This document shows positions 10,251-21,592 of a stretch of 64,000 nucleotides of DNA, piece by piece; position 1 is the first letter of the stretch; each line of letters opens with the position of its first letter. A program made the position numbers and the translations under genes. Under the pieces are notes generated by a model that worked only from the letters and a program-made list of their open reading frames with translations, did not search any database and had not been told where the DNA came from. This DNA is from Methanocaldococcus sp. 28A (GTDB lineage Archaea > AGJL01 > Methanococci > Methanococcales > Methanocaldococcaceae), in the NCBI GenBank assembly GCA_049852185.1, contig CP187540.1. One strand, 5' to 3'.

Positions 10251-11764
10251 ATTAAAAGCTCTACTCTACTATCTCTAAGCTTATTAAATATTTTCAAAGC
10301 AATACTTGGAATAAAGGTTGTTATATATGCTTTATTTGAACTCTCTACAGCTTTTTTATCATCTCCATTGCATGGATAGGCATTAATTCCAGCTTCATTT
10401 AATATTTTGATAGTGGCTTTTTCTACCCAACTATCAGCATCCGATATATAAACTTCTTCTGCCTTTTCAGCAATTGCCCAACTTATATACCTTCCTCCAA
10501 TTAATCCTATTTTTTCAGTAGAGATGTCATCAATTGTTTTCTTTAATTTTAATTTTCTACATAGATTACTTTCTTTTATAGATGCCCAGTGTGCATCTCC
10601 TAAATAAAACCCTCCAATGCTGTAAGGATAGATATTTCCTTTTAAAAAGTTGTTTCCTAAAGCAATTGCTTTAACTATCTCCTTATCTATAAAGCTTGCA
10701 TTAACATTTCCTGCTTTTATTTCTTCTCTAATTATTCTCATAACTCTTCTTAGACCAAAATTACCTCTTTTTGCAGTTTTTGGAGAATAGCCACACATAT
10801 ATCCATGGTGATTTAATGGAAATCCAGTTATTATAGCATTTAAACCACTCCTCAACCCAATTCTACATTCATCCTCATAAGCTCCATTTGTTGCTACTAC
10901 CCCTCCTTTAACCAATATTCTTGACACTGCTATAGCTTTAGCAAACGCTTTTAGCCTATCTTTAGCTCTGTTAAATGGAGCTCCCTCAACAACAAACACA
11001 TCAACATCCAAATCAATACATGCCTTAATTCCAGTTATTAAATCATCATATCCATCTCCAATATGGAAAATTCCTTCTAAACCCTTTCCATATTTTTTAG
11101 CTGTTCTTGCAACAACTTCCATCTCCTCTAATGGAGCGGCATGCTCCTCTCCTCCCTGCTCTTCAACCACATTTATACATACAGTTGAAGCCAATCTAAC
11201 CCAATCTTCAAACTCATCCTTATGTTCTTTCTCTTTCTCTATCAACCTCTTATGAATTCTATTTCTCGGACAGCCCTTAAATGGAGCTCCTATATAATAA
11301 CAATCCCCATAGCAGTGAGTAATCTCCTTAGGAAATCTCATAGGTCCATACATTCCAAAGTGGTCTATATCTATAGGGACGTCAACATTTTCTAAAACCA
11401 TTTTCAAAACATCTATTGCTCTTAGATTTTCTTTTTCAGCAATATCTGCCACAGCATAACTGCAAATATGAATTGGAAATCCTATATAATCTGTTAATAT
11501 GCAATTTTCAATAAATTGAGTTAATGTTAATGATGAAGAACACGGCCCTACAGCAATCTCAACCAAATCACAACCCATTGGGAATTTTCTTAAATTACTT
11601 CCTAATTTTTGAATCTCCTCTAAAGATAAATCATCTACTGCATCAACTACTTCAATTATATCACTTTCTTTTATATTTTTTTCATTTAACTTTTTTAAAA
11701 TTAATTTTCTTAATTCTAATGCTGATTCCAAATTATTTACAGCATCTTTAATAAGTTCTCTCAT
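10247..11764 (-). CDS. hcgG: FeGP cofactor biosynthesis protein HcgG (HmdC)
   Basis: 505 aa with [24 protein letters not shown] and [10 protein letters not shown], in a cluster with hmd and hcgA. Confidence 0.85.
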   Translation of the reverse strand: MRELIKDAVNNLESALELRKLILKKLNEKNIKESDIIEVVDAVDDLSLEEIQKLGSNLRKFPMGCDLVEIAVGPCSSSLTLTQFIENCILTDYIGFPIHICSYAVADIAEKENLRAIDVLKMVLENVDVPIDIDHFGMYGPMRFPKEITHCYGDCYYIGAPFKGCPRNRIHKRLIEKEKEHKDEFEDWVRLASTVCINVVEEQGGEEHAAPLEEMEVVARTAKKYGKGLEGIFHIGDGYDDLITGIKACIDLDVDVFVVEGAPFNRAKDRLKAFAKAIAVSRILVKGGVVATNGAYEDECRIGLRSGLNAIITGFPLNHHGYMCGYSPKTAKRGNFGLRRVMRIIREEIKAGNVNASFIDKEIVKAIALGNNFLKGNIYPYSIGGFYLGDAHWASIKESNLCRKLKLKKTIDDISTEKIGLIGGRYISWAIAEKAEEVYISDADSWVEKATIKILNEAGINAYPCNGDDKKAVESSNKAYITTFIPSIALKIFNKLRDSRVELLM

Positions 11765-12293
11765 AAAAATCCCTCAAATTATTTATAATCTGAAGATACC
11801 TATCTTCAATTCTTTCAACTAACCCTAAATCATAGTTATGTGTTTTTAATATAATTGCATTACTATAATTTTTATTCAAATAGTCTGGAATTATTATAAT
11901 GCCTTTATTAGAAATTTTTATACCTAAATCTTCAACAATCTTTTTAACAAACTCTGTTTTTGGATTAACTTCTACATTTAAATCTTTAGCTAATTTTTTT
12001 ATTTTTTTTTCTTTATTTTTTAAAAATTCTATTGAGTTATTTATTTTTTCTTCATCTCCAATACCTAATTTTCTTAATTCTTCTAAACTTTCAATTAAAT
12101 CCTTAAAAGTTGCTGACTTAACCTCAAAAATCTCAACATTTGGATTTAATCTTCTTACTTTATCTTTATAACCTTTAGATATGATTAAAAAATCACAATT
12201 GCATTTTTCTTTGTATGGATTAACTATTTCATAATCCTCTAAACCAATTAAATCAGCAATTTCTTTATACATTCTTGTAATTCCAATTTTCAT
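11748..12293 (-). CDS. Conserved hypothetical protein in the hmd/hcg cluster
   Basis: 181-aa ORF with host-like composition overlapping the hcgG start. Confidence 0.75.
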   Translation of the reverse strand: MKIGITRMYKEIADLIGLEDYEIVNPYKEKCNCDFLIISKGYKDKVRRLNPNVEIFEVKSATFKDLIESLEELRKLGIGDEEKINNSIEFLKNKEKKIKKLAKDLNVEVNPKTEFVKKIVEDLGIKISNKGIIIIPDYLNKNYSNAIILKTHNYDLGLVERIEDRYLQIINNLRDFYERTY

Positions 12294-12301
12294 ATTCCCA
12301 C

Positions 12302-12816
12302 TTATTGGTTGTTTTATCTAAAACTATTTCTTTTGGAATATCTCTTATTTTTAATATTAACTTATCATTAGTTTCTTTTTTTCTCAATCTCCTCATAATT
12401 ATAATAACGCGATTCCATCAACGACAACCCCATTTTCGTAAATAGACAAATAGTGAGTTTGTTTAAGATTAGATATTAAAAAAAATAAATGATGATAATA
12501 AAATAATAGCCATCATTCCTTTAACAAAATGATATATAATAAAAAATCCTGAAAAAATAAAAACCAATCCAAATAATATATGATACCAATTTCCAATCTT
12601 TATAGTTCCTCTATAGATAAGCTTTCCAGTGTTTATTTTCCTAATTTTTGAATATGCATAAAAGATTATTGCCATATAAATTATTGCTATTCCAAAAACT
12701 ATGCCAATCACATATATAACTTTCAACATCCCTAATAATTGAATTGAAATAAATATTAATGTAAATACAAATCCATTCCCAATCAAATATAAGTAATAAG
12801 GATTTATTCCTCTCAT
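12302..12816 (-). pseudogene. Frameshifted membrane-protein gene
   Basis: The TM-rich 115-aa ORF stops at 12469. Other frames continue with SIYENGVVVDGI...YEEIEKK...LILKIRDIPKEIVLDK to ~12302. Confidence 0.55.
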
Positions 12817-12837
12817 TTTCTCACAAATTTTTATAAT

Positions 12838-13923
12838 TTATTTTTCATAAACTTTTAAATATTTCTCATATTTCTTCCAATCCAATTTTGGTTTTAACCC
12901 CAAATCTAAAATCATTTTAACAACTTCTTCTAAATTTCCTGTTTTTGGACTACCAACTCCTTTAATGTTTATTGGATGATTTCTTGGAATAACCGTTGCT
13001 ATATTACTTGCCCCCCCTAATAAAGCAAATTGCACTAACTCAGCCCCTATTGTTGGTGTTGGTGAAGTTATCCTTATATTTGGAAATAATAGCCTTGTTA
13101 TAGCTATTGTCTTTGCCTGCTCTAAGGCTGTGCATTTTGGATAATTCTCCATTGGAGTTCCTTTATAAGGATTAAATCCCATTATCGGAATTTCTCCAAC
13201 ATTTAATTCATTTTTTAAATAAAATAAATGCTCTACTCTATCTTCATAACTCTCTCCTATCCCTATTAATAAACCGGAAGATAACTCAATATCATACTTA
13301 TTGACTAATTTACAAACTCTTATTCTATCTTCCAAGTCCTCTCCAGGTTTTAATTTTTTAAAAAGTTCTTCATTTATCGTCTCTAAGTTACAGCAGATTG
13401 TATCTATACCATATTTTTTAAGCTCCTTTATTGCTTCTTCAGTTAAATCTGCTCCTGCATTAACTAAAACCTCTAAGTTTGTATTATCCTTAACTATTTT
13501 TAAAGCTCTAACGACCTCTCTACCTTCATAACCATGTGCAGAAGAGCAACTAACTCTTTTTATTCCACTCTCTTCAATTGCTATTGCTGATTTTTTTATA
13601 TCCTCGTCATTTAATCTAAATGGTTTATAATATCCTTCTTTTGAAGTTCCGGCGGCAAAACCACAGTATAAGCATTTTGGATTAATCTTGCAAATATTTG
13701 TTATATGGATTGTTGAAGTTATTTCAATCTCTTTCTTAAAAAAGTCTCTAACTTCTGAAGCTAATCTAAATAATTCTAAATAATCTCTCCAATTGTCTAT
13801 TTTAAATAGTTTTAATGATTCATCCTCATCTATAAGCCCATTTTTTATAAATTGTTTGTTTCCTTCTTTTAGCTCTTTAAAATTCTCCTCTATCTTCTCA
13901 AATACCATTACATCACCAATCAT
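12838..13923 (-). CDS. hcgA: Radical SAM FeGP cofactor biosynthesis protein HcgA (HmdB)
   Basis: Atypical CX5CX2C motif (CKINPKCLYC), directly downstream of hmd. Confidence 0.9.
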   Translation of the reverse strand: MIGDVMVFEKIEENFKELKEGNKQFIKNGLIDEDESLKLFKIDNWRDYLELFRLASEVRDFFKKEIEITSTIHITNICKINPKCLYCGFAAGTSKEGYYKPFRLNDEDIKKSAIAIEESGIKRVSCSSAHGYEGREVVRALKIVKDNTNLEVLVNAGADLTEEAIKELKKYGIDTICCNLETINEELFKKLKPGEDLEDRIRVCKLVNKYDIELSSGLLIGIGESYEDRVEHLFYLKNELNVGEIPIMGFNPYKGTPMENYPKCTALEQAKTIAITRLLFPNIRITSPTPTIGAELVQFALLGGASNIATVIPRNHPINIKGVGSPKTGNLEEVVKMILDLGLKPKLDWKKYEKYLKVYEK

Positions 13924-14025
13924 TATGGTTAAACATCAAAATATCTTACAGCTAAAAGAGATTAAAAAGTTTTCTATTATTCTATAAATTAAAATAAAAA
14001 AATAAAAAAGATTTAAAAATCAGAT

Positions 14026-15057
14026 TTATTCTTTTTTGTGTTTTTCTAATACCTTCAATGCTGTTGGTAAAATATCTGCTAATGGCCCAAAGCACATACT
14101 GTCTGCTGTTCCTAATAATGCTGCTGGGTCTAAAGCTTCTTCCATGTTTGCAATTCCTTTCTCTTTCATTAAGTTAAGCATTTGAGTTAAAGCTTCATCT
14201 GCCATCATCTGAGCGAAGTCAGCAGGAGCTCCTAAAATCTTTGTAACTGCGTCTCTGTAAGCTAATAGACCAGCATAAACTACTGCTGTAACTGCTGAAC
14301 ACATATCGCAAACTGGACCTATTAAGTTAGCAGGCATCTTAAATGCTTGACCTCTTGCAATTTTAGCGATTTCATATAATTTGTTAACAGCTTCCTCACT
14401 TGCATAACCTTCAGCGATATAAACTTGTCCTTTCATCTCTGGAACACATCCTGGGTGGTATGAGGTTATGTTTAAGTCATCTCTTCCTAAATCCTTAAAG
14501 ATTTTTGCGAATTTTGTTGTAGGAATTGTACATGCGTGGGTTACAATAGCTCCTTCTGGAATTGCATCTGCAAATTTCTTAATAATGTCTGGCTGTTTGT
14601 TTCCTTTTGGTAACCATGTTAAAATAATATCTGCATCTGCTACTGCCTCTCTATCATCTGATGTAACTTTTAAACCTACATCCTCTGGGTGGACAAAGTG
14701 TATGCATGCCTTTGGTGGTTTTGGCAACTCTTTTGCCTTTGCCTTAACGACTTCTCTAATTTTTGGCATTATACTTTCTGGATTACCATTTAAGTGAGCT
14801 TCCATAACTTCTTTTGGGTCAAATTCATCAATAATAACTAACCCTGGTTCCTCAGCAAAGCATGGGTCTGAAACAATAACTTCTTTAACATCATCTACCA
14901 AGTGTAAAAGCTCAGCCCCCATTGTAATTGTTGAGTGTGTTAATGCAATTTCTGGTTTTCCAACTTCTTTAGCTACTTGTGATGCTCTCATGAAGTTTGT
15001 AATCCCTGCAGCTGCGTGGGTTCTGTAACATCCAGCTCCTAATATTGCTATTTTCAT
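14026..15057 (-). CDS. hmd: [Fe]-hydrogenase, H2-forming methylene-H4MPT dehydrogenase
   Basis: MKIAILGAGCYRTHAAAGITNF, HACTIPT, PVCDMCS. Confidence 0.97.
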   Translation of the reverse strand: MKIAILGAGCYRTHAAAGITNFMRASQVAKEVGKPEIALTHSTITMGAELLHLVDDVKEVIVSDPCFAEEPGLVIIDEFDPKEVMEAHLNGNPESIMPKIREVVKAKAKELPKPPKACIHFVHPEDVGLKVTSDDREAVADADIILTWLPKGNKQPDIIKKFADAIPEGAIVTHACTIPTTKFAKIFKDLGRDDLNITSYHPGCVPEMKGQVYIAEGYASEEAVNKLYEIAKIARGQAFKMPANLIGPVCDMCSAVTAVVYAGLLAYRDAVTKILGAPADFAQMMADEALTQMLNLMKEKGIANMEEALDPAALLGTADSMCFGPLADILPTALKVLEKHKKE

Positions 15058-15224
15058 ACTATCACCTTGTTAAATATTTTAAACAATATTAGTAGTAGTA
15101 ATATTATTGTTATATTTAGTAATATATAAAATTATCTATTTGATTTCAGATAATAAATAGCCATAAATAAGTATTATCTACATAATAAATTTTCTAATAG
15201 CTAATATAAAAAATTAAATATTGT

Positions 15225-15785
15225 CTAAAAAATAGCGATGCATCGGATTGGAGAGGCATCAATATTGAATATCTTCAAAGGCAATCCTAAAAAATAGAAC
15301 TTCTTTCCAACTAAATTTTTTAAATTTTCGTTTAAATTTTCAATAATTAAGATATTATTTGACAGAAGATTTTTATGCTCCTCAAATCCACCAATTGTGC
15401 ATGCATCTATGCCTACACATTTTATTTTCCTTTTAACTATATCATCTAAAAAATAAATATCTGGAATTTTTTTAAAATATTCTTCTTTTCCCCAATATTT
15501 AGAAAATCCAGTATAAATTAGTAATATATCGCAAACAGGTAACTTATTTATCTCAAAATCATTCAAAGATATACAATATCCAACTCCTTTAATTATCAAA
15601 TCTTTAGAAAAAATTATATTTTCTAAGCCAATATGTTTTGGATAATCTACATGAGTAGAGAGATGAGAGCCCAAAACTATCTCTGATATTATAAACTTAT
15701 CCATCCTTTTTTCAGTAATTTTCAGCTCTGGGTCTCCGGGATATGGAAAATTAATTAAAGGTTGTGTTAAATCTAAGATTTTCAT
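15225..15785 (-). CDS. Cyclase/kynurenine formamidase family protein
   Basis: YPGDP, HLSTHVDYP, IIENL, DASPIR. Confidence 0.85.
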   Translation of the reverse strand: MKILDLTQPLINFPYPGDPELKITEKRMDKFIISEIVLGSHLSTHVDYPKHIGLENIIFSKDLIIKGVGYCISLNDFEINKLPVCDILLIYTGFSKYWGKEEYFKKIPDIYFLDDIVKRKIKCVGIDACTIGGFEEHKNLLSNNILIIENLNENLKNLVGKKFYFLGLPLKIFNIDASPIRCIAIF

Positions 15786-15924
15786 GTTTTCACTTTACTT
15801 CATATATTTAAATATATTTCCATTAAGTATATATATCTCCTCAAAACACATATATATAAAGTTTTCGAAAATTATCTATACTGGTTTTCAATAGAGATAA
15901 ATTAGCATATATAGAGGGAGCAAT

Positions 15925-16170
15925 TTGAAAGTAGAAATACTACATAAAACGCCAAAGGGTTTTTTGATAGGTAGAGGAAAGAAAGAGATAAAGATTGGTT
16001 CAGTTGTTATTTTCAAAAATAAAAAAATTGGTAAGGTAGTAGATATTTTTGGACCAGTAACTAAACCGTATATAAAAATACTTCCAATCAATAAAGATAT
16101 AGAAGTTTCTGGAATTGCATATATTAAAAACGATAAATCCAAATATAAAAATTCCAAGAAGAAAAATTAA
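15925..16170 (+). CDS. gar1: H/ACA RNP protein Gar1
   Basis: IGKVVDIFGPVTKPY motif; usual position upstream of tfb. Confidence 0.88.
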   Translation: MKVEILHKTPKGFLIGRGKKEIKIGSVVIFKNKKIGKVVDIFGPVTKPYIKILPINKDIEVSGIAYIKNDKSKYKNSKKKN

Positions 16171-16199
16171 AATTTTTTGCTAAAAAACTATAAACTTTA

Positions 16200-18656
16200 A
16201 TGGTGTGGCTTATGGAAGCTCTCACAACTAAAGAAGAAAAAAACTCAAAAGAAAAGAAAATTATAACAAAATCCGAAAAATGTGAAAAAAAAGAAAGTAA
16301 TATTGGTGAAGAAGAAATTGTTTGTCCAATTTGTGGTAGTAAGGAAGTTGTTAAAGATTATGAAAGAGCAGAGATAGTTTGTGCCAAATGTGGATGTGTT
16401 ATTAAAGAGAAGTTGTTTGATATTGGACCAGAGTGGAGAGCATTTGACCATGAACAAAAGATTAAGAGATGTAGAGTTGGAGCTCCTATGACTTACAGTG
16501 TGGATTATAATGAACCTATAATAATTAGAGAAAATGGGGAGATAAAAGTTGTTAAAATTGGAGAACTTATAAACAAAATCATTGAAAATGCAGAGAATGT
16601 TAGAAGAGATGGAATTTTAGAGATTGCTAAATGTGAAGGCATTGAAGTTATTGCCTTTGACAGCTACTATAAACTCAAATTCATGCCTGTTTCAGAGGTT
16701 TCAAGACATCCAGTTAATGAGATGTTTGAAATTGTTGTTGAAGGAAATAAAAAAGTCAAAGTTACTGGAAGCCATAGTGTCTTCACCATAAAAGATAATG
16801 AGATTGTCCCAATAAGGGTTGATGAGCTAAAAGTTGGAGATATATTGGTTTTAGCAAAAGAATTGCCAAATGTTGAAGAAGAAATTGAGATTAACTTAAT
16901 TGATGTTGTAAAAGATTTAGAAAATGTTTATGTCCAATTTGACTATCCTTATGAAAATAAAGATTGGAGAAGAAGAAAATCTGCCCCATTAAAATATGTT
17001 TTAGAGAATAATATCCCAATTCCAGATAATGCCACAATTAGACTTAGAAGTGGTAAATCCCTTCCAGTAAAAATAAAGGTAGATGAGAAATTTGCTAAGA
17101 TATTAGGATATTTCATTGCTGAAGGACATTATGATAATAGAAAAATTGTATTTTCATTTGGCTCTCATGAGAAAGAGTATATAAAAGAAGTTGTTGATTA
17201 CTTCAAATCCTTAAACTTAAATCCAATCGTTTATGATAAGAGCTCAAGTGTCCAAATTGAGATAAACAGCAAAATATTGGTTGAGTTATTCAAAAAATTA
17301 AATATAAAAAGTGGAGCAAAGAATAAAAGAGTACCACCAATTGTATTCAAATTCCCAGAAAACTTAAAGAAAGCCTTCCTTATAGGATACTTCAATGGAG
17401 ATGGCAATCTATACATCAATGAGAAGTATTCAACAGTTCAGTTAAAAGCAGTTTCTGCATCAAAAGAACTTATTGAAGATTTAGCATTCTTACTATTGCA
17501 GTTGGGAATTAATGCAAACTATGGGGAGGAGTTTATTAAAGGACATGTAATTGAAAAAACTGGGCAATATATTAAAGATAGCCATTCATACATGCTAATA
17601 ATAACAAATCCAGAAGACATAGAAAAATTAGGATACATAAGCAATTATCAGAAAGAAAACAAAAAACCTCCAATTTCTGAGTTAATACCAGCTCCTTATG
17701 GGTATAGAAAAGAATGGAAATTTAGAGATAGAGAAAAAATAAGTAGAGACCTTGCATTGAAAATTGCCAAAAAATACAACGATAGAAAACTCGAAAAACT
17801 CATTAACTCTGATTTCATATTCTTAAAGATTAAAGAAATTAATAAAGTTCAACCAACTAACAACTATGCTTATGATTTAACAGTGCCTAATGCTGAAAAC
17901 TTTGTTGCTGGATTTGGTGGATTTGTATTACACAACACAATACATGATAAAGGTTTATCAACAGTTATTGATTGGAGAAATAAAGATAGTTATGGAAAAG
18001 ACTTATCCGCAAACAAAAGAGCTCAACTCTATAGATTAAGAAAATGGCAGAGAAGAATTAGAGTCAGTGATGCTGCAGAAAGAAATTTAGCATTTGCTTT
18101 ATCAGAATTAGATAGAATTACATCAAAACTTGGATTGCCAAGACATGTAAGGGAGAATGCTGCTATAATTTACAGAGGAGCTGTTGAGAAAGGATTAATA
18201 AGGGGGAGAAGCATTGAAGGAGTAGTTGCAGCTGCTATTTACGCAGCTTGTAGAAGATGTAGAGTGCCAAGAACATTAGACGAGATTGCTGAAGCATCAA
18301 GAGTGGATAGAAAGGAAATTGGTAGAACATACAGATTCTTAGCAAGAGAGTTAGGAATAAAATTAACCCCAACAAATCCTATCGATTACGTGCCAAGATT
18401 TGCTTCCGAACTTGGATTGCCTGGAGAAGTTGAATCTAAAGCAATACAAATATTGCAGCAGGCAGCTGAAAAAGGATTAACAAGTGGTAGAGGCCCTACT
18501 GGAGTTGCTGCTGCAGCAATATATATTGCAAGTGTCTTACTTGGCTGTAGAAGAACTCAGAGAGAAGTTGCTGAAGTTGCAGGAGTGACAGAAGTGACAA
18601 TAAGAAACAGATATAAAGAGCTAACAGAACACTTAGATATTGATGTTACTTTGTAA
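16200..18656 (+). CDS. tfb: Transcription initiation factor IIB, intein-containing
   Basis: Zn ribbon CPIC..CAKC, GPEWRAF, HDKGLST, cyclin repeats, [11 protein letters not shown]. Confidence 0.97.
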   Translation: MVWLMEALTTKEEKNSKEKKIITKSEKCEKKESNIGEEEIVCPICGSKEVVKDYERAEIVCAKCGCVIKEKLFDIGPEWRAFDHEQKIKRCRVGAPMTYSVDYNEPIIIRENGEIKVVKIGELINKIIENAENVRRDGILEIAKCEGIEVIAFDSYYKLKFMPVSEVSRHPVNEMFEIVVEGNKKVKVTGSHSVFTIKDNEIVPIRVDELKVGDILVLAKELPNVEEEIEINLIDVVKDLENVYVQFDYPYENKDWRRRKSAPLKYVLENNIPIPDNATIRLRSGKSLPVKIKVDEKFAKILGYFIAEGHYDNRKIVFSFGSHEKEYIKEVVDYFKSLNLNPIVYDKSSSVQIEINSKILVELFKKLNIKSGAKNKRVPPIVFKFPENLKKAFLIGYFNGDGNLYINEKYSTVQLKAVSASKELIEDLAFLLLQLGINANYGEEFIKGHVIEKTGQYIKDSHSYMLIITNPEDIEKLGYISNYQKENKKPPISELIPAPYGYRKEWKFRDREKISRDLALKIAKKYNDRKLEKLINSDFIFLKIKEINKVQPTNNYAYDLTVPNAENFVAGFGGFVLHNTIHDKGLSTVIDWRNKDSYGKDLSANKRAQLYRLRKWQRRIRVSDAAERNLAFALSELDRITSKLGLPRHVRENAAIIYRGAVEKGLIRGRSIEGVVAAAIYAACRRCRVPRTLDEIAEASRVDRKEIGRTYRFLARELGIKLTPTNPIDYVPRFASELGLPGEVESKAIQILQQAAEKGLTSGRGPTGVAAAAIYIASVLLGCRRTQREVAEVAGVTEVTIRNRYKELTEHLDIDVTL
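16497..17936 (+). mobile_element. Intein (480 aa) with LAGLIDADG homing endonuclease in TFB
   Basis: Junctions GAPMTY|SVDYNEP ... VLHN|TIHDKG; block B VTGSHSVF; LAGLIDADG-like LGYFIAEG and IGYFNGDG. Confidence 0.93.
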
Positions 18657-18718
18657 GTTAAAAAAATAATTTAAAATTTCTTGTTAATAGAATTTAATCA
18701 TTTTTAAGGTGGTGTATA

Positions 18719-20284
18719 TTGGGATTATTAGATAAAATCCAAAAAAAGACTGAAAAAAGTATTATAAAAGAATCAAAACCTACATTAAGTAAAGGTTTAT
18801 TATTAAAACGTAGTGTAATTAAAGATGAAAATGTATTAGATTCATATGTAGTTAATGTTGATGATATAAGTGTAGAGGTAGTGATAAAAAAAGAAGAGGG
18901 TTATCTATATTATTTAATACCAGAAATTGAAAAGATTGAAAATTCACTATCAAAACTTTCAAAAGATAACATTAATTTAATAAAAATGCAGATTGGAGAG
19001 CTTGGATTAATTGAATATAAACAAATAAAAGAGTATTTATCTGATTTTTCCGTAAGATATAATTTAAGTATTCCATATATTGATTCATTAGCTAAGTATT
19101 TTTATCTAATATCCGGTAGATTAGGGTTATTAGAAATTCCCCTAAATGATGACCAATTAGAAGAAGTTATGGTTAATGGATATAACGTTCCAGTATTTGT
19201 ATTTCATAGAAAACACCAAATGTGTGAAACAAATATTATATTAGACAGAAACGAAGTAGATAGAATCATAGAAAGTATTGCAAATTTAGTTAATAGACCA
19301 ATAGATTCTAGAGTCCCGATGCTCGACGCTTTCTTACCAGACGGTAGTAGGGTAAATGCTACTACAGCAGATATAACTATGAATGGAGCTACTTTAACAA
19401 TAAGAAAGTTCTCTAAAAATCCATTAACCGTTATAGATTTAATAAACTTTGGGACATTAGATTTGGATGTCGCTGCCTTTTTATGGCAAGTAGTTGAAGG
19501 GTATTTTGGAGCTAAGCCAGCTAATACATTAATCGTCGGTGGAACAGGTTCTGGAAAAACTACATTATTGAATGTTTTATCATTATTTTCAATGTACAAT
19601 GAAAGAATTATTACCATAGAAGATACTCCAGAATTACAAATTCCTCATAAACACGTTATAAAAATGGTTACAAGACCTGCAAGACCTGGAATGCCTGAAT
19701 ATGAGGTTACAATGGACGATTTAATTAAAAATGCTCTAAGAATGAGGCCAGATAGAATATTTGTCGGAGAAGTTAGAGGAGAAGAAGCACACTCATTACT
19801 TGTTGCTATGAATACAGGACACGATGGTTGTTCAGGAACATTACACGCAAATAGTGCCGATGAAGCTATTTTAAGATTAACAAGCCCTCCAATGAATGTC
19901 CCAAAAATTATGTTAACAGCATTAGATTTTATTATAAATCAGCAAAGAATTAAAAGAGGAGGAAAAACAATTAGGAGAATTCTTGAGATTTTAGAGATTG
20001 TAAAAGGTAGAATGGGTGAAGGAAGTAGCTTAGCTAAAACCACACTTTATGAATACAATGGTTTAAAGGATTCTTTAGAAAGAAAAGGTATTTGTATGTG
20101 GGAAGAAGAAGTCTGTGAGATTGCGGGCATTTCAAGAGAAGAATTACTAAGAGATCGAGAAAATAGAAAAAAAGTTCTAAATTACTTATATAAAAATAAT
20201 ATAAAAAAACTTGAAGATGTCTCTAAGTATATTACGGCTTATCAATCTGACCCTGAGAAACTTTTAAGGACCCTATCTATTTAA
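18719..20284 (+). CDS. Type IV pilus/Tad assembly ATPase (CpaF/KlbA-like), intein-free
   Basis: GGTGSGKTT, IEDTPE, ALRMRPDRIFVGEVRG, MNTGHDGCSGTLHA. Confidence 0.92.
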   Translation: MGLLDKIQKKTEKSIIKESKPTLSKGLLLKRSVIKDENVLDSYVVNVDDISVEVVIKKEEGYLYYLIPEIEKIENSLSKLSKDNINLIKMQIGELGLIEYKQIKEYLSDFSVRYNLSIPYIDSLAKYFYLISGRLGLLEIPLNDDQLEEVMVNGYNVPVFVFHRKHQMCETNIILDRNEVDRIIESIANLVNRPIDSRVPMLDAFLPDGSRVNATTADITMNGATLTIRKFSKNPLTVIDLINFGTLDLDVAAFLWQVVEGYFGAKPANTLIVGGTGSGKTTLLNVLSLFSMYNERIITIEDTPELQIPHKHVIKMVTRPARPGMPEYEVTMDDLIKNALRMRPDRIFVGEVRGEEAHSLLVAMNTGHDGCSGTLHANSADEAILRLTSPPMNVPKIMLTALDFIINQQRIKRGGKTIRRILEILEIVKGRMGEGSSLAKTTLYEYNGLKDSLERKGICMWEEEVCEIAGISREELLRDRENRKKVLNYLYKNNIKKLEDVSKYITAYQSDPEKLLRTLSI

Positions 20285-20295
20285 ATTTATTTTAT

Positions 20296-21366
20296 TTGGG
20301 GATAGATATGTCTGAAAATCTAAAACAAAAAATTAAAAAAATAAAAATTAAACTATATATTACACTGTATAAATTGGGGTTTATTTCTTTAAATTCCGAA
20401 ACTATTTCTGAACTCAAAAAAATGAGTAAAGAATTAGGATTAGACATTTCTGAATTATATAGTACAGATGTTTCTGAATTTTACGGAGTATATATAGAAC
20501 CAGAATATATCATAGACTATGAAAAATATAAAGAGTATGAACATCTATTATATAATGAAGAATTTATTAGAGTACCTGCAGAGTCAATATCTAACATCTT
20601 AAGTGGTTCAAGAATATTTTCAAAAAATTTACTCAAATATATTGGATACGATAACGAAGTGGAGTATTTTAAAAGGGTTATATTATTCATGATAATTACA
20701 TTTTTTGGAATTTTAATATTTGAAGCATTAGGTGGTGACATACTTGGAGGTATTTATAGGGGGGTTTTTGGTGCTATTATAATTTTAGTTTTATCTATAT
20801 TTTATCCAAAAATTAGGTTAATATTGTTTAGAGGAGAAATAAAAATGCAGGTGCTATTTGCTTTACTGTATATGATATCTTTACTTAGGGCAGGTGCTTC
20901 TCTTCCAGAAGTTCTTGGAGCCATTTCAAAAAGTAACGAATATGGGATTATCTCTTTTGAAGTAAGGACTATAATTAGAGATATCAATGTTTCAGGATAT
21001 TCCCTATTAGAAGCTCTTGAAAGGGCAAAATTAAGAACTGAGATTCCTTTATTAAAAAAATTATATGAACAAATGATTATTGGACATAACAAGGGTAATT
21101 TAGCTCTGTTATTAGAGAAATTATATGAAGATATTGTTAGAGAATCCATGGTAAAGTTAGATTCATCAAAATTTATGATACAAAACCTTGGAAACTTAGC
21201 GTTTGGAGTAGGATTAGTCCTTCCATTTAGTGGTATGGTGTTATCAGCAATGATAGCCAACCAAGGATTTCAAGGAATATTAAATACTATTGATTTACTA
21301 TTAACAAAGATTGGGCCTTTATTGACTATAATATTTGGAATATTTGTAAAAATGAAAATAGAATAA
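20296..21366 (+). CDS. Type II/IV secretion F-domain (TadB/C-like) membrane protein
   Basis: ISLLRAGASLPEVL...YG..SFE motif and TM helices; follows the pilus ATPase. Confidence 0.8.
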   Translation: MGIDMSENLKQKIKKIKIKLYITLYKLGFISLNSETISELKKMSKELGLDISELYSTDVSEFYGVYIEPEYIIDYEKYKEYEHLLYNEEFIRVPAESISNILSGSRIFSKNLLKYIGYDNEVEYFKRVILFMIITFFGILIFEALGGDILGGIYRGVFGAIIILVLSIFYPKIRLILFRGEIKMQVLFALLYMISLLRAGASLPEVLGAISKSNEYGIISFEVRTIIRDINVSGYSLLEALERAKLRTEIPLLKKLYEQMIIGHNKGNLALLLEKLYEDIVRESMVKLDSSKFMIQNLGNLAFGVGLVLPFSGMVLSAMIANQGFQGILNTIDLLLTKIGPLLTIIFGIFVKMKIE

Positions 21367-21592
21367 AATAATATGATATTTAAAATGTCTGTATAATCTG
21401 TATAATGATAAACTATAGTCAAATGTTCATATCGGATATGGACGTTATCAATATAACCTCTCTATGTGTTCATTGGCTTAGATATTTTTGCATTAATAAA
21501 TGTTTTATATTATATCATCCCTTGGGCATCTAATTGAAGTTATATTAAATAAATATTATTTTATTATTAAACTATTTTATTAGGGGGGTACA

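Noticed and set aside
15091-15125. Possible NikR-like palindrome upstream of hmd (atatta-N13-taatat)
   Set aside because: It is all A/T in very AT-rich DNA and cannot be told from chance by eye.
21367-21592. Intergenic gap with tandem tctgtataa and a 31-codon ORF
   Set aside because: No RBS, pilin motif or structure supports a feature.
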